Notes: generated by a model from the sequence alone, not told the origin. Shown: positions 1 to 10,255, counted from the stretch's first letter. The stretch is 39,728 nt of DNA from a candidate division WOR-3 bacterium (GCA_965648915.1 CBFGIV010000019.1:1-39728), one strand, 5' to 3'. Numbers and translations: made by a program.

Positions 1-9
1 TATTATGTT

Positions 10-38
10 ATTATAACATAGTAGCAGGGCGTTGTCTA
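10..38 (-). promoter_or_regulatory. Possible sigma70-like promoter firing leftward out of the window
   Basis: Minus strand reads TAGACA-N17-TATAAT with TG just upstream of the -10 (extended -10); overlaps a TATGTTA-N3-TAACATA inverted repeat at 4-20. Confidence 0.4.
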
Positions 39-144
39 CCCTTTTTTATTACATTGCTTAAAAAATCAATTCTAATGACCCCGACCTCTAAAAATAGGAA
101 AATTTGAAAAAGTATTCGGCAGGGCTGACCAACACGGGTTGCTA

Positions 145-172
145 TTGACTTTATTAAAAATCTGGATATAAT
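145..172 (+). promoter_or_regulatory. sigma70-like promoter of the kor operon, leaderless or near-leaderless
   Basis: TTGACT(145-150)-N16-TATAAT(167-172), 7 nt before ATG 180; no SD. Confidence 0.7.
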
Positions 173-179
173 CATTCGA

Positions 180-422
180 ATGGCAATAGATACCCAGAAA
201 GGACAAAAAGTTAAATTTGAAATCCTCATTAACGAAGGATGGTGTAAAGGTTGTGAAATCTGTGTCGCCTTCTGCCCTAAAAAAGTTCTTATTATGGAAA
301 GAGACAAAGCGAAGGTTGCTAACCCTGAAAATTGCACGGGTTGTTTGCTCTGCGAACTCTACTGTCCTGACTTTGCAATAAAGGTAGAGCGCAAAGGAGA
401 AAATGGCAGAATCGGGAAATAA
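180..422 (+). CDS. korD: 2x[4Fe-4S] ferredoxin, delta subunit of 2-oxoacid:ferredoxin oxidoreductase
   Basis: CKGCEICVAFCP and CTGCLLCELYCP motifs; first gene before the alpha/beta/gamma subunits. Confidence 0.85.
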   Translation: MAIDTQKGQKVKFEILINEGWCKGCEICVAFCPKKVLIMERDKAKVANPENCTGCLLCELYCPDFAIKVERKGENGRIGK

Positions 423-437
423 AGTAATTTAAAGGGT

Positions 438-1571
438 ATGAAACCAGAGAATGTAAGGGTGATGACCGGAAATGAGGCCTGTGCTGAAGCGGCGATCACG
501 GCAGGGATGAGATTCTTTGCCGGTTATCCGATAACCCCTTCTTCCGAGATTGCTGAGATACTTTCGCGTATCCTGCCTCAGGCGGGCGGCGTATTTATTC
601 AGATGGAAGATGAGATTGCATCGATGGGGGCGATTATTGGCGCTTCTCTGGCCGGGGTGAAATCGATGACCGCAACCAGTGGACCCGGGTTTTCTTTGAT
701 GCAGGAAAATATCGGTTATGCCTCAATGGCTGAGGTCCCCTGTGTTGTGGTTAATGTCCAGAGAGGAGGACCGAGCACCGGTCTACCAACCTTGCCATCT
801 CAGGCCGATATAATGCAGGCCCGGTGGGGTACACATGGTGATCACCCGGTAATCGTTACCTGCCCTTCTACAGTCCGGGAGACATACGACTGGACAATCA
901 GATCATTTAATCTCTCTGAAAGATACCGGGTACCGGTAATTCTTCTTCTTGATGAAATAATCGGCCATCTCAACGAGAAGATTATTATCCCGGGAAAAGA
1001 TGAGGTTGAGATCATCGATCGCCCCCGCACCAATGAGCCACCGGAGACCTACATCCCTTACCGCTTTACTGAATCAGACATTCCACCAATGGCAGATTAT
1101 GGTTCAGGGTATAGATTTAATGTTACGGGTTTAAGCCACGATGAGACCGGTTTCCCAACCAATGACCCGGTTAAGATTGATGCCCTTTATCGGCGGATAA
1201 ATCGGAAGATCGATCGATACCGGGACGAAATCGTCAGTTATAAAGAAGAGCTGCTGGACGATGCTGATATCTGTATTGTTGCGTGTGGATCATCAGCTCG
1301 GTCAGCGCGCCGCGCAATGCGTTTGGCCCGTGCTCAAGGGATCAAGGTCGGTCTATTTCAAGTCTATGTGATCTGGCCCTTCCCGGATATTGAACTGAAA
1401 CGAATTGCCCAGCGGGTAAAGCACTTTATCGTGCCCGAGATGAATCTCGGACAGATGGCTAAAGAGGTGGCCTGTGCAACAAGATTAACACCAATCAGCG
1501 TCAACCGGGTCGATGGTTATCCCATAGCCCCGGACGAAATCTTAAAGAGAATTAAAGATGTTCCCTTATGA
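438..1571 (+). CDS. korA: 2-oxoacid:ferredoxin oxidoreductase alpha subunit
   Basis: GNEA, GYPITPSSE, QMEDEI, TATSGPGFSLMQE, QRGGPSTG motifs; substrate specificity not determinable from sequence. Confidence 0.92.
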   Translation: MKPENVRVMTGNEACAEAAITAGMRFFAGYPITPSSEIAEILSRILPQAGGVFIQMEDEIASMGAIIGASLAGVKSMTATSGPGFSLMQENIGYASMAEVPCVVVNVQRGGPSTGLPTLPSQADIMQARWGTHGDHPVIVTCPSTVRETYDWTIRSFNLSERYRVPVILLLDEIIGHLNEKIIIPGKDEVEIIDRPRTNEPPETYIPYRFTESDIPPMADYGSGYRFNVTGLSHDETGFPTNDPVKIDALYRRINRKIDRYRDEIVSYKEELLDDADICIVACGSSARSARRAMRLARAQGIKVGLFQVYVIWPFPDIELKRIAQRVKHFIVPEMNLGQMAKEVACATRLTPISVNRVDGYPIAPDEILKRIKDVPL

Positions 1572-2370
1572 GAAATATTTGAGACTTGATAAATTTCCCC
1601 ATATCTGGTGTACTGGTTGTGGTTGTGGCATTATTGCCAAGGCTATGCTCAGGGCGATTGAGCGGAGTAAGATTCCCAAGGATGAGATGGCGATCGTCTC
1701 CGGGATTGGCTGTTCCTCACGAACGCCGGGTTATCTCGACTTTAATACTCTCCACACCCATCACGGTCGGGCAATTGCCTATGCAACCGGATTAAAACTG
1801 GCGAAACCTAAATTAAAGGTGATTGTGGTAAGTGGTGATGGAGATGCAACCGCAATCGGAGGAAATCACTTTATCCATGCGGCCCGGCGCAATGTTGGTA
1901 TGGCGGTTTTGATCTATAATAACCACATCTATGGAATGACCGGTGGCCAGGTTTCACCCACTACCCCTTTTGGCAAGAAGGCAAGCACTGCCCCTTACGG
2001 TAGTACCGAACCCGATTTCGACATCTCGGGTCTGGCAATTGCCGCGGGTGCATCTTTTGTTGCCCGTTCTACCTGTTATCATGTAACCCAGCTCGATAAG
2101 TTAATCGAAAAAGCATTGCAGAAGAAAGGATTCTCGGTTATCGAAATTCTCTCACCCTGTCCAACCTATTACAGTCGTCCCAATCGCCTCGGCACTTCAG
2201 TCGATATGCTGAAATATTATAAAGAAAACAGTATCCCCATCGAAACCGCCCGAAAGATGTCGGTCGAGGAATTGAAAGGCAAGATTACAATTGGTGTGCT
2301 CCATGATATTGAGCGCCCGGAATTTTGTGAAGAGTATCAAAAATTGATTGAGCGCGTCAAAAAATTATGA
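1558..2370 (+). CDS. korB: 2-oxoacid:ferredoxin oxidoreductase beta (TPP-binding) subunit
   Basis: WCTGCG, SGIGCS, GDGD..IGGNH, YGMTGGQ.SPT motifs. Confidence 0.92.
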   Translation: MFPYEKYLRLDKFPHIWCTGCGCGIIAKAMLRAIERSKIPKDEMAIVSGIGCSSRTPGYLDFNTLHTHHGRAIAYATGLKLAKPKLKVIVVSGDGDATAIGGNHFIHAARRNVGMAVLIYNNHIYGMTGGQVSPTTPFGKKASTAPYGSTEPDFDISGLAIAAGASFVARSTCYHVTQLDKLIEKALQKKGFSVIEILSPCPTYYSRPNRLGTSVDMLKYYKENSIPIETARKMSVEELKGKITIGVLHDIERPEFCEEYQKLIERVKKL

Positions 2371-2411
2371 AATATTTTTATAGATTAAAATTTTAACACA
2401 GGGAGGTCCTG

Positions 2412-2957
2412 GTGCCTTTTCGCTATGAAATCAGATTGAGTGGTTCTGGCGGTCAAGGGCTTATCCTCGCCGGCAAGATTCTGGCTGAGGCAGCAGCAAT
2501 ATATGACGGCAAGAATGCTACGCAGAGTCAGTCCTACGGGCCGGAGGCCCGGGGTGGCTCAAGCCGTTCTGAAGTAATCATTTCCGACGAAGAGATCGAT
2601 TACCCCAAGGCCGTAAACATCGATCTGCTTCTCGCCCTCACCCAGGAGTCCTGCGATAAGTATTGCAAAGATCTGAAAGAGAATGGTATCCTGCTGGTCG
2701 ATTCATCTTATGTAACTAAACTGCCTACGGGAAAGTTTCGCATCTATGCCCTGCCGATTTCGGAAACTGCCGAAAAAGAGGTTGGGCGGAGTCTGGTTGC
2801 TAATATCGTCTCATTAGGTGTCATCGCTCAACTGACCAATGTTGTCTCTAAGGAATCAATTCAATCAGCGATCCTTTCAAGGGTTCCCAAGGGGACCGAG
2901 GAATTGAATCTCAAGGCTTTTAATGCCGGGCTGGAATTAGCCAAGAGGGTGTTGTAA
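2412..2957 (+). CDS. korC: 2-oxoacid:ferredoxin oxidoreductase gamma subunit
   Basis: GSGGQG and SYGPEARGG motifs; GTG start with GGAGG SD. Confidence 0.92.
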   Translation: MPFRYEIRLSGSGGQGLILAGKILAEAAAIYDGKNATQSQSYGPEARGGSSRSEVIISDEEIDYPKAVNIDLLLALTQESCDKYCKDLKENGILLVDSSYVTKLPTGKFRIYALPISETAEKEVGRSLVANIVSLGVIAQLTNVVSKESIQSAILSRVPKGTEELNLKAFNAGLELAKRVL

Positions 2958-2983
2958 AAATTTTTCTCGCCTGAAGATCACCT

Positions 2984-5362
2984 GTGGCCCTTTTTCTTAT
3001 CTTATTCTCTACAGCCTTAATTGATCTTAATCGTGCCTCTTTTGCTGAGATAAAGAAATTACCGATCGATTCAACCATTGCCTATAATATTTATCTCTGG
3101 CGGTGTCTCTACGGAGAATTTCAGTCAGTATATGAGTTGAATCGAGTCGATGGAGTGACGCCGGAGATATTTGGAGTCATAAAACCCCGGGTTAAAATTG
3201 TTCCCCGACAGAAAACCAGGAGTGAATGGGCATTCGTCCTTGCAGAGCAGCGTAAACTTGCCACCGAAGAGCCACCGAGCCGGAGTGCGGTCAATGAATG
3301 GGAAGACCTGATAATTTCATCTTTGAATATTAATCGGGCCTCCTTCAATGAACTTATGGTAATCGATCAAATGTCGCCCCAGGCGGCGCAGGCAATAATT
3401 AGACACCGTAATCTCCACCCGATTGAGAGCAATCGGGATCTTGCCTATGGAGTCAAGGGTCTGGGACGGTATAAATATTCGATTTTGCGCCGTTATATAA
3501 CATATACCGATACCGTTGAATCAGAACCTTTCCATTTTAGCCTTCGTCAAACAGTCGAAACAAAAAATCGCATCGATGTTGGTGATGAGTCAGAGAACCA
3601 GGCTACGATGCTGGCGTATCTGAAGAACGCCATCTCCGATTTTGATTCAATCGAGGCCGGACTCAAATCTCAGGGATTAACCGAGCAGGAATGTACTTAT
3701 CTGAGAGATAACATTATTAACAACTATAATCAACTTAGCGGTCGATTCCCCCAACCGGAATTTACCAGCCGCCTTCGGGCCAGTTATAAGAATCGGTTGA
3801 GATTGGGTGGCTATGTCCAAAATTCGATGATCGGGCAACCGGGGGATCGCCTGATCAAGGGCTACGCCGGATTGGCAAATATCGGACCGCTCTACCGATT
3901 TTATCTCGGAAATTATAACTTATTAATTGGTCAGGGACTTTTGATCGATAATGAAGATACCTACCGAGCCCGGATCCACACTAAGACCCAAGGGCTCTTT
4001 GGTGATTTAACCGAAAATTATAATTACCAGCTCCTCGGTGCGGCCAGCCACTGGAATTTATTATACTTTGAACCGATACTCTTCTATTCGAATCGAGAAA
4101 AAGGAGGAATTTTAAATCCCGATGGCTCGATCCTTACCTACTGGCCGATGCGGGAGATCCCTGCCTTGGATCGATTTAACGAAGAGATTTACGGTGGTGT
4201 CTTTTATCTCAATCCACCAGTCGATTTTTTGACCGGCAGTCGCGTCGGTATCGAGGGGATGTTATTAAGATACGATCGCGTTTTTGATCTAAACCCTAAA
4301 TGGTTTGATCGCCCAATCGATGATACACAATATAGTCTCTATCCTGAAATAAGCCAATCCTTTAATACTCAGGAAAAAAGATACCTCGGATTAGATCTCC
4401 GGACGATAATCAGCAATATTTCACTGGAGGGTGAGGCGGTCAGACAGTTCGATCAAGATGGTTTTGCCTATCTCTTAAAAACACGACTTGAATATGACTG
4501 GTTATATTTAATTCTTCTTTTCCGGCATTACGATACTGCCTATGATAATCCGTATGGAAGGGGATTTTATGAACAGTTGCGCTTTGATGATACCCCCTTC
4601 GAGAGGCCTTATACCCTCATAAATCCTATCTATTATTTTATTACCGATGATCCGAGACCAAAACCCGAAGAGGGTTTTTATCTGGAGACGAGATATCAGA
4701 TCCTCCGACAGTTGACTCTGACGCGGGCTTATGTTGATTGTTATAAGAATCTTGCCTGGGGTCTGTCCAATCTCCGTACCCAGGTTGAACTGGAGTATCG
4801 ACCGGTCTTTCCTGTAAGAATCAGGGTTGCCAGAAAGTTGATTCGCAAATATAGCCCGAAGGGGGTAACGAGCAGTCTCTCTTCTACTGATGAATCGGCG
4901 CTGAGATTCTTCTTCTACTTCACTGATTACAACTCCCTGCAAGCAGAGATCCGGGATGGAAAAGTTCGCTTTCAATCGACCGGTGCCGGGAGTGACCTGA
5001 CCATCAACGGTGGTTTTCTTTCCTTTTCTTTAGTCCATAACTTCAACCCTGCCTTTAATATTGAGAGTGGTCTGGCGATCTGGGAGACCGAGGGGATGAG
5101 CCAGTGGATCTTTGAAGATGTCGGGATCGATTTTTTAAACAGCCGTGGTATGAAATACTACATAGCCGTAAACGAACGGGTTAGTAAGAATCTATTCTTT
5201 AAATTAAAATTTCGCCACAAGATTACCGATATCCCGCATATGGGGATATATGAGCCCGAACAGAAAATTTACTATCCTGATCTGCCCGGGGTAAAGGTTA
5301 ACGATTTTATCGATCGTGAAGACTTGATCGGTGTAAGATTACAGTTAGATTTTATCTTCTAA
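2984..5362 (+). CDS. ComEA-like helix-hairpin-helix protein fused to a probable outer-membrane beta-barrel
   Basis: Short hydrophobic N-terminus; two HhH-type repeats (IDLNRAS..EIKKLP..EL..VDGV; LNINRAS..EL..AQAII.HR..VKGLG); aromatic alternating strands; ends RLQLDFIF with terminal Phe. Confidence 0.7.
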   Translation: MALFLILFSTALIDLNRASFAEIKKLPIDSTIAYNIYLWRCLYGEFQSVYELNRVDGVTPEIFGVIKPRVKIVPRQKTRSEWAFVLAEQRKLATEEPPSRSAVNEWEDLIISSLNINRASFNELMVIDQMSPQAAQAIIRHRNLHPIESNRDLAYGVKGLGRYKYSILRRYITYTDTVESEPFHFSLRQTVETKNRIDVGDESENQATMLAYLKNAISDFDSIEAGLKSQGLTEQECTYLRDNIINNYNQLSGRFPQPEFTSRLRASYKNRLRLGGYVQNSMIGQPGDRLIKGYAGLANIGPLYRFYLGNYNLLIGQGLLIDNEDTYRARIHTKTQGLFGDLTENYNYQLLGAASHWNLLYFEPILFYSNREKGGILNPDGSILTYWPMREIPALDRFNEEIYGGVFYLNPPVDFLTGSRVGIEGMLLRYDRVFDLNPKWFDRPIDDTQYSLYPEISQSFNTQEKRYLGLDLRTIISNISLEGEAVRQFDQDGFAYLLKTRLEYDWLYLILLFRHYDTAYDNPYGRGFYEQLRFDDTPFERPYTLINPIYYFITDDPRPKPEEGFYLETRYQILRQLTLTRAYVDCYKNLAWGLSNLRTQVELEYRPVFPVRIRVARKLIRKYSPKGVTSSLSSTDESALRFFFYFTDYNSLQAEIRDGKVRFQSTGAGSDLTINGGFLSFSLVHNFNPAFNIESGLAIWETEGMSQWIFEDVGIDFLNSRGMKYYIAVNERVSKNLFFKLKFRHKITDIPHMGIYEPEQKIYYPDLPGVKVNDFIDREDLIGVRLQLDFIF

Positions 5363-5366
5363 TACC

Positions 5367-8192
5367 GTGTCCGCAGCCCTCCCAGTATTATTAACTATCC
5401 TTACCATTTCTCCCGCCTGGCAACAGAAGGTCAACTACCGAATCGATGTTGAACTCGATACAATTCAACATACCCTCACGGGAAAAGAGATTCTCGTCTA
5501 TTTCAATAACTCACCCGATACCCTTAAAGAAATCTGGCTCCATCTCTACCCCAATGCTTATCGGGATCGTAATTCCGTCTGGGCCCGGGAACAGGAGCAG
5601 AGAAAAAATTATCAGTTCTCGGGCGCCTCAAAAAAAGACCGGGGTTATATTGAAGTAGATTCGGTATTCAACGACGACCGACACTTAAAATATGAGATTG
5701 ATGATACCAGAATGAAGGTCTATCTTGATAAGGCAATAAATCCCGGCGATTCAATTGTCCTGACCATTAAATTTTTTGTTAAAATCCCGACCTTCTTCTC
5801 CCGCCTCGGCCAGCGGGGTTCACACTATGAAATAGTCCAGTGGTATCCCAAGGTCTGTGCCTATGATGCGGGGGGCTGGCACAATGATTATTATCATACG
5901 GTCGGCGAATTCTATGGAGAGTATGGTAACTTTGATGTAACGATAACTTTACCCGAAGAGATGATTGTCGGTGCAACCGGAGAATTGATCGAGCCCGAGA
6001 AAGAGATCGCCTTTCTTGACTCCTTCGCAATAAAAGGGAATGAACTGGATAGTTTCAAGATCAAAAGAAAAATTAACCGGAAACCGAGGGCGGGCGGTAG
6101 TTTTAAGCGCCTGAGATTTTATGCCCATAATGTCCATGACTTCGCCTGGGCTGCTGATAAGAACTTTTATCTTCTGCGTGAAATCGTTGATAGTATCACT
6201 GTTGATATTCTCTTCTGGGCCAGAGATAAGGAATGGTGCCGGGCCGGGGATTATGCAAAGGATGCACTAAGAACCTATTCTGAATGGTATGGTCCATATC
6301 CATATAAAAAGTTAACTATTGTCCGTGGTTATCAAAATGGCGGAATGGAGTACCCAAATCTGATAATTGTTGGCACTGGTGGATCGCCCTTCACCCGCCG
6401 ACTCGAGCAGGTTATCATCCACGAGATCGGCCATCAATGGTTCTACAGTGCCATAGGGTCAAATGAAATGGATGAGGCCTGGCTGGACGAGGGGATGACA
6501 ACATTTTCAGAAATAAGATATTTTGAGAAGAAATATGGGCCGGATAAGAACTATTTTAAGACCGGGATCATCCCGGGTTTTAATGAACGGTGGATCAATA
6601 AGACCATCTACTACATCACCGTCACCAACCAGAAGGAAAGACCGGTATTAACAAAGGCTTCCGAATTTGCATCAGAACCGCTTTCCATAAGTTATGCGTC
6701 GGCGGCTTACGCCAAACCGGCCCTGATACTCTTTATGCTTAAGGATCAGATTGGGGATGAGACTTTTGATAGGATTATGCGCCGTTACTATGCCGATTAT
6801 AAATTCTGCCATCCCCGGACATCTGATTTTATAAAGATTGTTGAAAGAGAGTATGGTGCAGAAATGGAGAGATTTTTCGACAACTGGCTAAACACCAATT
6901 ATTATTGTGATTATGCGATCAAGAGGGTCGATCGAAAGAAGGACAAGACAATTGTTACCATCGAAAAAAGGGGGCAGATCGTTATGCCGATTGAAGTGCT
7001 GGCGATAAACCAGGAGGGTTTGCAATATATCCAGAGGGTCGAAGGTGATAGCAATGAGTTCAGGGTAGTTTTCCATGACCCGAAGATTAAACAGGTAATA
7101 ATCGACCCTGATGAGAAGATTCTCGAGATCAACCGCTGGAATAACTTTTCCCCCAGCAAGATAAAAGTCAGCCCGATCTTTGATATACCATCGTTTGATG
7201 CCTATCAGATCTTTTATGGCCCCTACGCCAACTACAGCGCCAGGACCGGGTTTACCCTGACCGCCTGGCTCCAGGGGCGACAATTTGTTGACTACGATCT
7301 TCTGCTCGGTCGACATCAGTGGAGTATCAATCTCGACTACCGGACCAAAATAAAGAAATTCTTCGGTGGTTTAAGTTATCAAACCCCGATCGCAACCACT
7401 CAGAATTTGAAGATGCGCACAAATTTTAGTATTAATTATGGCCTCTGGGAATTTAAGATCGACGGTGGTATCAGGACAAAGATTTCGACCTGTATCCTTG
7501 CTCCAGATTATCACGAACTATCTGCCGGGATCGGTTTTGATGAGATTAAGACCTTAGATTATGTCGATGTCCGTGATTTTGAGCCGGGTCGGGTCCTGAG
7601 TGGTCGATTTGGTTACCGCTATAAATTTAAACTGCGGAGCCTTCAGGGTGATGCTGAGATTAGTCTACAAAATGGATATAAGTTTTTATTCGGTGACTTT
7701 AGTTTTGAAAAGATTTCGACAACCCTCAGACCAACTTTTCTGATTGGTTCTAGTCTTATATTGAATTCAAGACTCCTGGCTGGTCTTATTCAGGGAAGAG
7801 GTCCAATCCACAATGAATTCTTCTTAAGCGGTGGTGTTCGATTGACCGGGTTATCATCCATCCTTTTCAGTCAAACCGGTATATTCTCTCCCCAGGAACA
7901 TATCCATATTGATGGGGGTGGTAATTGCACTGGCTATTATGGCCGGCATATCCATAGTTCAAGAATCCTGGCCTTAAACCTTGAGCCTAAATTTACATTC
8001 TTACCTTTGAGTCCCTTCTTTGATGCCGGTTATATCCCCAGAAAAAACGTATCTCCTGATGGTCTATATATGGATGCAGGGTTAAAATTGAAATATGGCC
8101 CGGTCGGAATTTACTTCCCGATCTGGGTCAATTGCCCCGAGGACCGAGAAGAAAAGATAAAATTTCGCTGGGTTTTTGAACTGGCGTTGTAA
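5367..8192 (+). CDS. M1-family zinc aminopeptidase with C-terminal probable beta-barrel
   Basis: GGMEYP, HEIGHQW and WLDEG zinc motifs; about 340-aa strand-rich C-terminal extension. Confidence 0.85.
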   Translation: MSAALPVLLTILTISPAWQQKVNYRIDVELDTIQHTLTGKEILVYFNNSPDTLKEIWLHLYPNAYRDRNSVWAREQEQRKNYQFSGASKKDRGYIEVDSVFNDDRHLKYEIDDTRMKVYLDKAINPGDSIVLTIKFFVKIPTFFSRLGQRGSHYEIVQWYPKVCAYDAGGWHNDYYHTVGEFYGEYGNFDVTITLPEEMIVGATGELIEPEKEIAFLDSFAIKGNELDSFKIKRKINRKPRAGGSFKRLRFYAHNVHDFAWAADKNFYLLREIVDSITVDILFWARDKEWCRAGDYAKDALRTYSEWYGPYPYKKLTIVRGYQNGGMEYPNLIIVGTGGSPFTRRLEQVIIHEIGHQWFYSAIGSNEMDEAWLDEGMTTFSEIRYFEKKYGPDKNYFKTGIIPGFNERWINKTIYYITVTNQKERPVLTKASEFASEPLSISYASAAYAKPALILFMLKDQIGDETFDRIMRRYYADYKFCHPRTSDFIKIVEREYGAEMERFFDNWLNTNYYCDYAIKRVDRKKDKTIVTIEKRGQIVMPIEVLAINQEGLQYIQRVEGDSNEFRVVFHDPKIKQVIIDPDEKILEINRWNNFSPSKIKVSPIFDIPSFDAYQIFYGPYANYSARTGFTLTAWLQGRQFVDYDLLLGRHQWSINLDYRTKIKKFFGGLSYQTPIATTQNLKMRTNFSINYGLWEFKIDGGIRTKISTCILAPDYHELSAGIGFDEIKTLDYVDVRDFEPGRVLSGRFGYRYKFKLRSLQGDAEISLQNGYKFLFGDFSFEKISTTLRPTFLIGSSLILNSRLLAGLIQGRGPIHNEFFLSGGVRLTGLSSILFSQTGIFSPQEHIHIDGGGNCTGYYGRHIHSSRILALNLEPKFTFLPLSPFFDAGYIPRKNVSPDGLYMDAGLKLKYGPVGIYFPIWVNCPEDREEKIKFRWVFELAL

Positions 8193-8208
8193 CCTTTGAT
8201 TATTGAGA

Positions 8209-8397
8209 CTATGCTTCAACGCAGGCACCAACCGGACAGACCTCAGCGCACTTTGGCGAATCGTAGTGACCTTTACAATCGACACACTTTTTAGGGTCGA
8301 TCTTATAGATCGGATCGCCTTCGCTGATTGCCTGAACCGGGCACTCCGGTTCACAAAGACCGCAGGCCGTGCAATCTTCCGTAATCTTATGGGGCAT
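8209..8397 (-). CDS. YfhL-like 2x[4Fe-4S] ferredoxin (62 aa)
   Basis: CTACGLCEPECP and CVDCKGHYDSPKCAEVCP; start moved to ATG 8397 because AAAGGAGGTG SD precedes it. Confidence 0.88.
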   Translation of the reverse strand: MPHKITEDCTACGLCEPECPVQAISEGDPIYKIDPKKCVDCKGHYDSPKCAEVCPVGACVEA

Positions 8398-8452
8398 TAT
8401 TTCACCTCCTTTCGCAAAAACCAAACTATAAATAAACCCATAACTGCCTGCC

Positions 8453-8480
8453 ATTATATTCGTTCTTTCAATTAAGTCAA
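8453..8480 (-). promoter_or_regulatory. sigma70-like promoter of the ferredoxin
   Basis: TTGACT-N16-TATAAT on the minus strand. Confidence 0.65.
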
Positions 8481-8547
8481 TCAATTTTTTGCAGGTTGAT
8501 AAAGAGGTCAGAACCGATTCTTAACCACCTCTGTTTTGATTATATTA

Positions 8548-8575
8548 TTGACAGGTCCCCTTTATTGACTATACT
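8548..8575 (+). promoter_or_regulatory. sigma70-like leaderless promoter of the M6 protease operon
   Basis: TTGACA-N16-TATACT, 6 nt before ATG 8582; no SD. Confidence 0.7.
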
Positions 8576-8581
8576 CATCTG

Positions 8582-10255
8582 ATGGCCGTTTTAATTCTTT
8601 TTGTCTCAAACCTTTTTCTGATGCCGCCCAACCCATACTGGGATACAAAGTTAGAATTCCATATACCGAAGATGCCAGCAATGATAAATCGGCCCGTGAA
8701 GGCTGGTAAGGTGGTGGGGGGTAAACGTGCCCTTATGGTCCTGATTGATTTTTCGGATAATACCCACATCTATAATAAAGAGAATTTCGATTCGCTCGTC
8801 TACGGATCAACAACCAGATCGATGGCCAATTATTATCGGGAAAACTCCTATGGCAAGTTCTGGCTCGAGACAACAAGTCTTGTTACTAACTGGCAACGTG
8901 CCACCCAGGACTACTCCTACTATGTTGGTGATTCTTTTGGTATCTACAGTAATTATCCGCACAATTCCCAGGGGCTGGTTTATGAGGCCTGCCGATTGAT
9001 CGATCCATTCGTCGATTTCCGCCAGTTCGATGAGAACTCTGATGGACTGGTCGATAATATCTTTATTGTCCATGCTGGCCCAGGAGCAGAAGAGACGGGC
9101 AACCCACGCCATATCTGGTCCCACAAGTGGCAACTATCGGATAATTCGATGGGTTGTCCTGGACCATATCAGACCCAGGATGGGGTTCGGGTTGACCACT
9201 ATTCAGTTGAACCCGAACGGTTTGAGAACCCTTCAACCTTGATTACCATCGGCGTCTTCTGTCACGAATTTGGCCATCAGATCGGTCTACCCGACTTATA
9301 TGATACTGATTATTCTTCCAGTGGTTTAGGAAGATTCTGTCTGATGGCCGCAGGTTCCTGGGCACGGGCATCAACTGCCGATCCACCCGGTTCTTCACCG
9401 GTCCATATCTGTTCCTGGGGTAAATATCAACTGGGCTGGATCACACCAGTAGGGATTGAACGCCGCGGACTCAAAGAGATAAAGAATGCACCCCTGCCGG
9501 CAATTGCCCGTGATTCAACCTGTTATCGGATGCTTGAAGACCCCTATGGACCGGACTGGGATGAAGATGGAGGTAATGGAGAATATTTCCTGGTTGAAAA
9601 TCGCTTCCGTTGTGGTTTTGATCAGGGGCTGCCGGGCAACGGCCTTTTAATTCTTCATATCGACGACTCCCGGATGAGCAACTCGGATGACGAACATCCG
9701 ATTGTCGGCATTATGCAGGCCGATGGTAACACACGCCCCTCCCTGCCCTATGGCGATCTGGGCAGTGAGAATGATCTCTGGAAGAATTCTGCCTATGGCT
9801 TCGGCGATACTTCCCGACCCTCAAGTTATGACTATAATGGTAATCCGACCGGAGTCTGGGTCTATAATATCTCATCTAATGATTCAGTGATGAAAGCCGA
9901 TCTCTGGGTAACACCAGTATTGCTGGGGAAGGTCTATTCCTATCCTAATCCCTATATCAAGGGTCAGGCCCTGAAAAAATTAACTATAACCTATGTCCCT
10001 TCTGATACCCTTGAGTTCATCAATAAATTCCCGGGTTTCAAGGTCACCATCTTCAACCTTGCGGGTGAGAAAGTCCGGACTTTAGACGACCCGACCGAGA
10101 TCGACCGCTTTTCCCGCCGTGCCTACTGGGACTTAAGAAATGATAAAGGTAATAATGTCACCAGCGGAATGTATTTTTATCTAATTGAGAGTATCCCGGA
10201 AAGCCCGACAGATAGGGTCGAACGTAACAAAGGCCGTCTGACGATTATCCGGTGA
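8582..10255 (+). CDS. M6 (immune inhibitor A-like) secreted metalloprotease with FlgD-Ig/T9SS-like C-terminal domain
   Basis: HAGPG.E, IWSHKW, HEFGHQIGLPDLYD, LMAAGSW, EYFLVENR; CTD YPNP..IFNLAGEKVRTL..WD..SGMYFY..LTIIR. Confidence 0.88.
   Translation: MAVLILFVSNLFLMPPNPYWDTKLEFHIPKMPAMINRPVKAGKVVGGKRALMVLIDFSDNTHIYNKENFDSLVYGSTTRSMANYYRENSYGKFWLETTSLVTNWQRATQDYSYYVGDSFGIYSNYPHNSQGLVYEACRLIDPFVDFRQFDENSDGLVDNIFIVHAGPGAEETGNPRHIWSHKWQLSDNSMGCPGPYQTQDGVRVDHYSVEPERFENPSTLITIGVFCHEFGHQIGLPDLYDTDYSSSGLGRFCLMAAGSWARASTADPPGSSPVHICSWGKYQLGWITPVGIERRGLKEIKNAPLPAIARDSTCYRMLEDPYGPDWDEDGGNGEYFLVENRFRCGFDQGLPGNGLLILHIDDSRMSNSDDEHPIVGIMQADGNTRPSLPYGDLGSENDLWKNSAYGFGDTSRPSSYDYNGNPTGVWVYNISSNDSVMKADLWVTPVLLGKVYSYPNPYIKGQALKKLTITYVPSDTLEFINKFPGFKVTIFNLAGEKVRTLDDPTEIDRFSRRAYWDLRNDKGNNVTSGMYFYLIESIPESPTDRVERNKGRLTIIR

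Noticed and set aside
8398..8484. N-terminal extension of the minus-strand ferredoxin
   Set aside because: It spans the gene's own promoter and SD; the likely start is 8397
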